A DNA stretch of 32,000 nucleotides from Candidatus Saccharimonadota bacterium (GTDB lineage Bacteria > Patescibacteriota > Patescibacteriia > 2-12-FULL-60-25). The stretch spans positions 300,001 to 332,000 of the forward strand of contig JALHOH010000002.1 in the NCBI GenBank assembly GCA_022843095.1. The letters run 5' to 3'. The notes beneath the pieces are model-generated. The model made no database searches. It was given only the letters and a program-made list of their open reading frames with translations, and was not told the origin of the DNA. Below, one piece after another: positions 26,040 to 32,000 of the stretch. Position 1 is the stretch's first letter; every line of letters starts with the position of its first letter. Both the position numbers and the translations under genes were made by a program.

Positions 26040-27163
26040 ACGCGTTTCACCACCTGCTCATAAACCTGCACCAGCGCATCCACATGACGTTCCCACGAAA
26101 ATCGCGCGCCCACGCGCACACGTGCCGCCTCCCCCATCGCGCGGCGTTCAACATCCTGAAACAGCAACGTCTGAAGCGCGCCAAGTAACGCATGTGCATC
26201 TCCGGGCGGGACCAACATCCCCGTTATTCCATGCTCAATAACGGTACGTACACCGGGCCACGAAGACGCAACCGCCGGGACCCCCACCGCCGCCGCTTCC
26301 AACACCACAAGCCCAAACGCCTCCGCCGCACTCGTCGAGGGAAACGCGAACACGTCCGCACTACGATAGGCTCGGACAAGCGTCGGCGTATCCACGCGTC
26401 CTAAAAAGTGCGTTCTACCACGAATGCCTAGCGAGGTCGCGAGCTCTTCAAATCCAGCGCGCAATTCTCCATCGCCCACCAATAACACGTGCACCTGTTC
26501 CGGTAATTTTGCGATGACCTGCAATAACTCCGGCACCCCCTTGAACGCATGAGCCGCATCCATGCCCCCCACGGACAACACGGTTTTCGCCGTCGGTGGG
26601 ATGCCGAGCCGAACGCGCTCATCCGGCCCTGGTGAAAATACATCCGTATCCACCCCAAATGGCACTTCCAACACACGTTCCGGCGCGCGCGCAAACCAAC
26701 GCGCAAGCGAGGAATGACGCGCGTAATCAAACGATGACACCAGCAGGCGTTTGGCACGTGGCAACAAAAACGGCTGAAGCATCCACCGATGCAACGCCAC
26801 CACCAACCGCTTCCATCCCTGTGTTTTTGCGTCCATGTGAAAGGTCATCACAATGGGCGGAAGCTGACGTGCACGCAGAAGCAGCGGCTCTGCAGCACCA
26901 AAAAACGGATAATGCAGGTGAATCACATCGTAGCCTTGCGCGAGTTCAATCAATCCAGGCAACACGGCGCCGTTCCCAAATCGCAGGCGCGGTGGCAAAT
27001 ACTCGATGTAACTACGTTCCATTTGCCCCGGAATCACGGGCGTTGGCGCCACGAGTCGCGCATCAATCCCGCGTGCACGAAGCCCGCGCACCTCACGCGC
27101 TGCGGCAGCACCAATCCCACCGACATCTGGCGGCGCGACACAGGCCACATGCAGCACACGCAT
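26036..27163 (-). CDS. Glycosyltransferase family 4 (GT-B, Glycos_transf_1)
   Basis: MRVLHVACVAPPDVGGIG, LVGDGELR and FPSTSAAEAFGLVVLEAAAVGVPAVASSWPGVRTVIEHGITG. Its stop overlaps the next start (ATGA). Confidence 0.85.
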   Translation of the reverse strand: MRVLHVACVAPPDVGGIGAAAAREVRGLRARGIDARLVAPTPVIPGQMERSYIEYLPPRLRFGNGAVLPGLIELAQGYDVIHLHYPFFGAAEPLLLRARQLPPIVMTFHMDAKTQGWKRLVVALHRWMLQPFLLPRAKRLLVSSFDYARHSSLARWFARAPERVLEVPFGVDTDVFSPGPDERVRLGIPPTAKTVLSVGGMDAAHAFKGVPELLQVIAKLPEQVHVLLVGDGELRAGFEELATSLGIRGRTHFLGRVDTPTLVRAYRSADVFAFPSTSAAEAFGLVVLEAAAVGVPAVASSWPGVRTVIEHGITGMLVPPGDAHALLGALQTLLFQDVERRAMGEAARVRVGARFSWERHVDALVQVYEQVVKRV

Positions 27164-27166
27164 AGA

Positions 27167-27496
27167 TTACGAGCGATCAACATCCTTTAGCGCATCATGC
27201 CGTACGAGTTCCGTGAATTCACGCGAGAGCTTGTCGTGCGCGACATGAAGATGCAGGACAAGCACCGTTAGCACCGTCACGGCAATGTACAACACAAAAT
27301 CCGATCCGCGTCCGATGCCGACCAAGTTCGCAAGTCGCGTCGTCACATTTGGCCACCACACCGCGACCCCGGCCGCAAGCCAAAGCGCGCTCCACACAAA
27401 CGCCTCTAGCCGACGAAGCGCCTGCTGACGAAAGCGTCGCCACGTCCACACGAGCGCCCCCAAAAACACGGCGCTTAATGCAAATTGGATGATCAT
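27167..27496 (-). CDS. DUF2304 family small membrane protein (109 aa)
   Basis: MIIQFALSAVFLGALVWTWRRF...NLVGIGRGSDFVLYIAVTVLTVLVLHLHV is the typical DUF2304 pattern. It starts 2 nt after the GT2 stop. The track ORF's 61-codon N-terminal extension overlaps the GT2 gene and is rejected. Confidence 0.7.
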   Translation of the reverse strand: MIIQFALSAVFLGALVWTWRRFRQQALRRLEAFVWSALWLAAGVAVWWPNVTTRLANLVGIGRGSDFVLYIAVTVLTVLVLHLHVAHDKLSREFTELVRHDALKDVDRS

Positions 27497-27498
27497 AC

Positions 27499-28176
27499 TC
27501 AAGAAATACTCCGCACCAACAACTGCCAGACAATTTTTAGCGCATCCGTGGCTTTTTGGCCTTTTGCAAGCGAATCCGCCGTGTACCGGATCTGGACTGG
27601 GACCTCGGTCCATGCAAGTGAGGATTGCGAGACCATCCGCAAGATCTCGGAACAGTGCGCCATGCGATCTTGTGTCCAACGCAATTGCATCGCCGCATCG
27701 CGAGAAAGCGCGCGCATCCCCGACTGCGGATCCGTCATGCGGCGAGAGATCCCCAGCACGAGTCCAGAAAACTGCCGCGCTGCAAACAACAACACGCGCC
27801 GCGCAAACGGCATCCCTTCAGAGCGCACACCAAGAAACCGCGATCCAAACACGATGGCCGCTTCGCCACGCTGAATAGGCGCGATGAGCGCCGGCAAAAA
27901 CGACGGGTCATGCTGCCCATCTGCATCCACATGCACGATGATCGTCGCCCCACGCTTCAGCGCCGCATCCGTTCCCGTTCGAAGCGCCGCCCCTTGTCCG
28001 CGATTCACCGCATGACGCAACACTCGCGCTCCCGCCTCCCGCGCCACCTCTGCCGTGTCATCTCGCGATCCATCGTCCACCACAATCACCTCGTCCACAC
28101 AGACACGGACATGAGAAACCGCCGTCCCAATCCGGGCGGCTTCGTGATACGCGGGCATTACCGCCACGATCTTCAT
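27499..28176 (-). CDS. Glycosyltransferase family 2, polyprenyl-phosphate sugar synthase-like (GtrB/ArnC/DPM1-like catalytic domain only)
   Basis: MKIVAVMPAYHEAARIG, VIVVDDGSRDDT, NRGQGAALRTG and VHVDADGQHDP. At 225 aa it lacks the C-terminal TM helices of GtrB-type enzymes. Confidence 0.85.
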   Translation of the reverse strand: MKIVAVMPAYHEAARIGTAVSHVRVCVDEVIVVDDGSRDDTAEVAREAGARVLRHAVNRGQGAALRTGTDAALKRGATIIVHVDADGQHDPSFLPALIAPIQRGEAAIVFGSRFLGVRSEGMPFARRVLLFAARQFSGLVLGISRRMTDPQSGMRALSRDAAMQLRWTQDRMAHCSEILRMVSQSSLAWTEVPVQIRYTADSLAKGQKATDALKIVWQLLVRSIS

Positions 28177-28182
28177 GTTTTC

Positions 28183-28211
28183 AGCGTAACCTAGCCAAAC
28201 AAAGGAGACAA
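28183..28211 (-). promoter_or_regulatory. Promoter with -35 TTGTCT, 17-nt spacer and -10 TACGCT, 6 nt upstream of the GT2 ATG at 28176
   Basis: Minus strand reads gggTTGTCTcctttgtttggctaggtTACGCTgaaaacATG. Confidence 0.55.
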
Positions 28212-28253
28212 CCCTCTAACGAAAACGCGAGCAATAACAAACCATCCAAATGC

Positions 28254-29417
28254 TCATGAAGAAGACTTGCGGAGGACGATAAACCGGCTAAGGCCACAAC
28301 TAACGTCGTAGAGCCAATTCAAGCCGAGGCGCCGGGTGCCATGATTGCGCCACAGGTTCGGGACGCGGCGATTCTCGTCAACGTCGAACGCGGAACCGAA
28401 CGATGCAACGTAGGGAGTCTCCGTCTCATCCCACCCAAACGCTGCCACAGCAAGGTGGTGATCGATGGAAGCTGGAATATATTTGAAGCGCTTCCCTTTT
28501 CCTTCTGTCATGAGTTCGAGCGCTTCGGATGAAGTAAACAAAGACTTCTTCTGCGCTTCCAACGTTTCCTTAATATCGAATACTGCGCAGAACGGAAAGC
28601 GTTCTTGGTGGGATGCCCGTAGATCCGCGAGAAAAGAAAACTGCTTCTCTTTTGGATACTTGATCGAGTCCAAATCCTTCGATGTCAATTCAAAGTCTTC
28701 TCGACGACGAGGCTCGCCTTGTGGAAAATACCCAACTTCCACGTATGCTATCCGATACCCTCCTTTTGGATCTTGTAGCGTCTCAAGAGGTGGAATTTGT
28801 TTGATGGGAATCCAGGGCAAAATGAACTCCTCGCGAATAATCTTGGTTTTGCCTTGGCTATCTTTCCCCTCCTTCGTTTCAAGCTCCTGAACATGCAGCA
28901 GGCCCGCATGAAGCATACGCGTGAGCATGCTCTGCGTTTTATGGAAGCCTGGCTTAAAGAATGCGTCTGCGATTTCAAAACGATGCTCTTCGCTTGTGGA
29001 TCTATCGACCTGGTTGAGCTGTTCAAAGATGGGGTCCGGTTCTTGATCTTTCTTCGTGATCTGTTCATTCACTAATCCCTTCATGAATCCTGCCACAATC
29101 TGACCCGTGAGGGTGCGGAGCCAAAGCGGATCAGGGTTTTCTTCTCGCATGCGCATGGCATCCAGAATCTCGTATGCCACCCGTTCCTCGTTGCCGAGCA
29201 GTCTTCCTTCGACAATGGCGAGGTAGATATGGGAGAAGGCTTCGATAAAGCCTTCACGATCGAGTTTTTCACTGAATCGCTGTTCGAGCTTTTGGACTTC
29301 ACCGGAAAAATCACTGCCCTCGAGGAGATCCGCGAGGTCTTCGCGGACTTCTTTTGCTTTCTGCTCGACGAACGAGGGCTTGATGGCTTCAGGGGAAGAG
29401 GGGCGTTCGGGGGGCAT
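28254..29417 (-). CDS. ORFan, 387 aa, soluble and Glu/Lys-rich, inside the glycosylation locus
   Basis: Start trimmed to MPPERPSSPEAIK (M111 of the track ORF), because the upstream 110 codons overlap the UXS-like gene. No motif recognised. GC is lower than in the flanks. Confidence 0.6.
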   Translation of the reverse strand: MPPERPSSPEAIKPSFVEQKAKEVREDLADLLEGSDFSGEVQKLEQRFSEKLDREGFIEAFSHIYLAIVEGRLLGNEERVAYEILDAMRMREENPDPLWLRTLTGQIVAGFMKGLVNEQITKKDQEPDPIFEQLNQVDRSTSEEHRFEIADAFFKPGFHKTQSMLTRMLHAGLLHVQELETKEGKDSQGKTKIIREEFILPWIPIKQIPPLETLQDPKGGYRIAYVEVGYFPQGEPRRREDFELTSKDLDSIKYPKEKQFSFLADLRASHQERFPFCAVFDIKETLEAQKKSLFTSSEALELMTEGKGKRFKYIPASIDHHLAVAAFGWDETETPYVASFGSAFDVDENRRVPNLWRNHGTRRLGLNWLYDVSCGLSRFIVLRKSSS

Positions 29418-29431
29418 AGCCTTCTGTATCG

Positions 29432-30454
29432 TTATGCTCGGAATCCCAGAAGCGATTTGTTGGAAATGGTGTAATCGATGGCCTGCTTCAACCCGTTTTC
29501 CAGCGTGACCAGCGGGATCCATCCCAGTTTTTCTTTGATCTTGGTCAGATCTGGCAACCCAAGCTGAGACATGAACAAAAGCGACGGCTTGAAGGTGATT
29601 TTTGACGAACTTCCCGTCAATTCGATGATACGCCGGGCCACGTCCGTCAGATTCAAATCCAAATCGCTTCCGATGTTCACCGGCCCAAGTCCAGGCGGCG
29701 CGGCCATGAGTTTCATCATCGCTTCCACCACGTCCATCACGTAACAAAGCGACGTCTTGAAGGTCTCATCGCCGTAAATCTCCAAATCCTTCCCATCCAA
29801 CGCGTTGGTGATGAAATCCGGGATCATCTGACCGTCAAACAACGGCATGCGCGGACCATACGTCCGAAAAATGCGCGCAATGCGGACATCCACGCCATAG
29901 ACCTGCGCGTAGGTGTTCGCGAACGTCTCCGCGAATCGCTTTCCTTCGTCGTAGCAGGCGCGCGGCGAAAGCACGTCTTGCGCCCCCCATTCTTCTTCCT
30001 TGAACAAGTGTCCATCCGGCGGACGCGACCCGTACACAACCGACGTAGACGCATGCAAGAACTTGGATTTATACCGCACCGCCACATCCAACGCGTTTTT
30101 CATCCCCAAGGAATTCGCGTAGAGCGTTTGGATTTTGTACTGATCAAATTTTTTTGGACTGGTTGGACAGGCTAAGTGGTACACCTCTTGGATCCCCTGA
30201 AACTTGATTTTGAAACGCGTGAGTTCTGGAAACGCCTCCGGATCAAACGGCGTATTCAAATCATGACGAATGAATTCAAAATCCTGATTCGCCAACATCC
30301 CATTGATGTTGAGCTCGGTGCTGGTCACAAAGTTGTCCACGCAAATGACGCGCGCGGTGCCGGTTTTCAAAATCGCTTCGCACAGATGCGACCCAATAAA
30401 CCCCGCGCCACCGGTCACGAGGACATTCTTTTTCTCAAAAATAACGTCTGCCAT
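29432..30454 (-). CDS. UDP-glucuronate decarboxylase (UXS)-like extended SDR, divergent paralog 1
   Basis: VLVTGGAGFIGSHL, ACYDEGKRFAE (UXS-type YxxxK) and RIFRTYGPRM. STSVVYG replaces the usual STSEVYG. Confidence 0.8.
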   Translation of the reverse strand: MADVIFEKKNVLVTGGAGFIGSHLCEAILKTGTARVICVDNFVTSTELNINGMLANQDFEFIRHDLNTPFDPEAFPELTRFKIKFQGIQEVYHLACPTSPKKFDQYKIQTLYANSLGMKNALDVAVRYKSKFLHASTSVVYGSRPPDGHLFKEEEWGAQDVLSPRACYDEGKRFAETFANTYAQVYGVDVRIARIFRTYGPRMPLFDGQMIPDFITNALDGKDLEIYGDETFKTSLCYVMDVVEAMMKLMAAPPGLGPVNIGSDLDLNLTDVARRIIELTGSSSKITFKPSLLFMSQLGLPDLTKIKEKLGWIPLVTLENGLKQAIDYTISNKSLLGFRA

Positions 30455-30462
30455 ATGGGCAG

Positions 30463-30471
30463 ATCATAGCA
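30463..30471 (-). promoter_or_regulatory. Extended -10 TGcTATGAT, 8 nt upstream of the ATG at 30454
   Basis: Minus strand reads gtgTGCTATGATctgcccatATG, within the 21-nt gap between the paralogs. Confidence 0.6.
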
Positions 30472-30475
30472 CACG

Positions 30476-31486
30476 CTACAAAAGATGACGCTTGCTGCGC
30501 GTATAATCGATCATCTTGCGCAACCCATCATCCAGACGCGTGAGCGGTACCCAGCCAAGCACCGACCGGGCTTTACTGATGTCCGGCAAAGGTGCCTCAA
30601 AAAACGCCGGCGATGGATCAAATCGCACACGCGACCCTTCAGCGTTCACAAGCTGGATAATTTTTTGCGCGACCACCGCCATGCGTTCATCCTGATCCGA
30701 CCCGATATTCATGAGCATGGATCCGACCGGTGAACGCATGTGCTTCAACAGACCATCCACCACATCCCCCACATAGCATAACCCGACACGCGCATCATCC
30801 GGCCCTTTTAATTCCACGTCTTTGCCATCAAGCGCGGCCAAAATCATGTCCGGGATCAAGTTCCCATCAAAAATCTTCATGCGCGGACCGTATGTCCGAA
30901 AAATACGACTAATTTTGACGTCTAATTTGTAGACATCTGCGTACGTATACAGAATGGATTCGCTGAACCGCTTTCCTTCGTCGTATGCCCCATACGGAGT
31001 CAGGTGATCCACGAAACACGGCGTGGTCTCGCTTGCGCGATCGAGATCCGGTCGGCGCGGTCCATACAAGACCGAGCTCGAGGCATACAGCATCTTTGCC
31101 TTGTATTTCACGGCAAGATCCAAGATGTGTTTGATCCCCACCGAATTCGTCAAAATAGTGGCGATCCGGAACTCATCAAACTGTCGTTTGGAGATGGGGC
31201 ATGCCAGGTGATAAATCTCCTGCACCCCTTGAATCCGAATACGGAACCGCTCCAATTCCGGATACCGCTCTAACTCCAACGGCTGCGTAATGTCGTGATT
31301 GATGAACTCGAAATGGGGATGCTGCAACAACCCATCGATATTGGAGACGTGACTTGTGGAAAAGTTGTCCACGCAAATCACGTTATGGGTCGCCACCAAT
31401 GCTTCGCACAAATGCGAACCAATAAACCCCGCCCCACCCGTCACGAGGACGGTTTTTCGGTCAATGACCGGAAACGCAGAAGACAT
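30476..31486 (-). CDS. UDP-glucuronate decarboxylase (UXS)-like extended SDR, divergent paralog 2
   Basis: VLVTGGAGFIGSHL, GAYDEGKRFSE and RIFRTYGPRM. SSSVLYG replaces STSEVYG. Start is trimmed to MSSAFPVIDRK (M32 of the track ORF). Confidence 0.8.
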   Translation of the reverse strand: MSSAFPVIDRKTVLVTGGAGFIGSHLCEALVATHNVICVDNFSTSHVSNIDGLLQHPHFEFINHDITQPLELERYPELERFRIRIQGVQEIYHLACPISKRQFDEFRIATILTNSVGIKHILDLAVKYKAKMLYASSSVLYGPRRPDLDRASETTPCFVDHLTPYGAYDEGKRFSESILYTYADVYKLDVKISRIFRTYGPRMKIFDGNLIPDMILAALDGKDVELKGPDDARVGLCYVGDVVDGLLKHMRSPVGSMLMNIGSDQDERMAVVAQKIIQLVNAEGSRVRFDPSPAFFEAPLPDISKARSVLGWVPLTRLDDGLRKMIDYTRSKRHLL

Positions 31487-31490
31487 GCCC

Positions 31491-31931
31491 CTATGATACC
31501 ACGACTTCTGGGGACGAACGGAACGTGAACCACCGGTGCAACCCGTAGGTGTACAGCGGGATACAGGCGCCAACGACAAAAATCACCAAAAAATCATGCA
31601 CTTTGAAGATGGCGTGACCCAGCCAAAACAAAAAGGTTTGCAGCCCCATCGCCGTCACCATGACAAACAAATACCGCGGAAGTTGATCGCGCTTGCGTCC
31701 GTTTGAACGAAACGTGTACGAACGATGCGCAAAAAAATTGAAGATGGATGCGATCGTGACCGAAATCGCATTCGCAAGGGTGTGATTCCCACCCTTCCAA
31801 AGGAGGCGCGTGATGCCCGCGTAGGTAACGGCGTTGATGGCAAACGACGTTCCGCCGATCAACAAGAACCGGCCAAGCTTCGCCCATTCATCACCCATTT
31901 TTTGCCGCACTGTCTGCCAGGTACTGGTCAT
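31491..31931 (-). CDS. GtrA-family membrane protein (polyprenyl-phosphate-sugar flippase-like)
   Basis: 146 aa with 4 TMs. GRFLLIGGTSFAINAVTYAGI, SIFNFFAHRSYTF and LHRWFTF follow the GtrA family pattern. Confidence 0.75.
   Translation of the reverse strand: MTSTWQTVRQKMGDEWAKLGRFLLIGGTSFAINAVTYAGITRLLWKGGNHTLANAISVTIASIFNFFAHRSYTFRSNGRKRDQLPRYLFVMVTAMGLQTFLFWLGHAIFKVHDFLVIFVVGACIPLYTYGLHRWFTFRSSPEVVVS
31493..31501 (-). promoter_or_regulatory. Extended -10 TGgTATCAT, 6 nt upstream of the ATG at 31486
   Basis: Minus strand reads gtcgTGGTATCATaggggcATG. It overlaps the stop codon of the GtrA-like gene. Confidence 0.6.
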
Positions 31932-32000
31932 AGTTGCTCTAATCGATTGTGTTGCAAGCGCAATCGTCGCACCATTCCACCCCCACGCACTTCAATCGCC
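31928..32000 (-). CDS. 3' end of an unidentified gene running in from the right edge
   Basis: Own translation of the edge-open frame gives ...AIEVRGGGMVRRLRLQHNRLEQL*. Its TGA overlaps the GtrA-like ATG (ATGA). It is too short to identify. Confidence 0.3.
   Translation of the reverse strand, partial: AIEVRGGGMVRRLRLQHNRLEQL

Noticed and set aside
29418-29747. 110-codon extension of the ORFan. Analogous extensions occur at 27497-27679 (DUF2304) and 31487-31579 (UXS-like 2).
   Set aside because: Each extension overlaps the 3' end of the upstream, clearly homologous gene in a different frame. Internal ATGs give tidy gaps of 2-14 nt or promoter-consistent starts.

Overview
Gene-dense 32 kb window with about 40 protein genes, 4 tRNAs and no rRNA. 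I found no CRISPR array, transposase or integrase. By hand counts, GC is about 60% over most of the window. The content is mostly housekeeping and cell-envelope genes of a streamlined bacterium: a partial class II photolyase, a YgjP/DUF45 hydrolase, an ftsE-ftsX operon, a small malic enzyme, a NUDIX hydrolase and pilT. It also holds prmC, ribosomal protein L25, gyrB, ftsW/rodA, ftsB/divIC, a MurE-like ligase and a CDP-alcohol phosphatidyltransferase. The family mix (DUF5671, a pilin-like protein, orphan pilT, DUF3048, many small ORFans) resembles Patescibacteria/CPR-type genomes, but taxonomy cannot be verified here. The right third (22.9-32 kb) is a glycosylation locus. It contains a 696-aa polytopic membrane protein, two GT4 enzymes, a GT2 followed by a DUF2304 membrane protein, a 387-aa ORFan, two tandem divergent UXS-like SDR paralogs and a GtrA-family protein. 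The segment from about 28.2 to 31.9 kb has clearly lower GC. The strongest sequence-level signal is that at least 16 genes carry a -10 box (TAnnnT, often as extended TGnTAnnnT) exactly 6-8 nt upstream of the ATG. This implies pervasive leaderless mRNAs and corrects several longest-ORF starts. Shine-Dalgarno motifs are essentially absent, and internal operon genes are joined by 2-14 nt gaps or ATGA overlaps. The best candidates for undescribed biology are (i) the four-gene ftsE-ftsX-ORF168-ORF533(HExxH) operon and (ii) the Gtr/Arn-like glycosylation locus with its low-GC insert. All functional calls come from reading the translated ORFs for motifs; no database search was possible.
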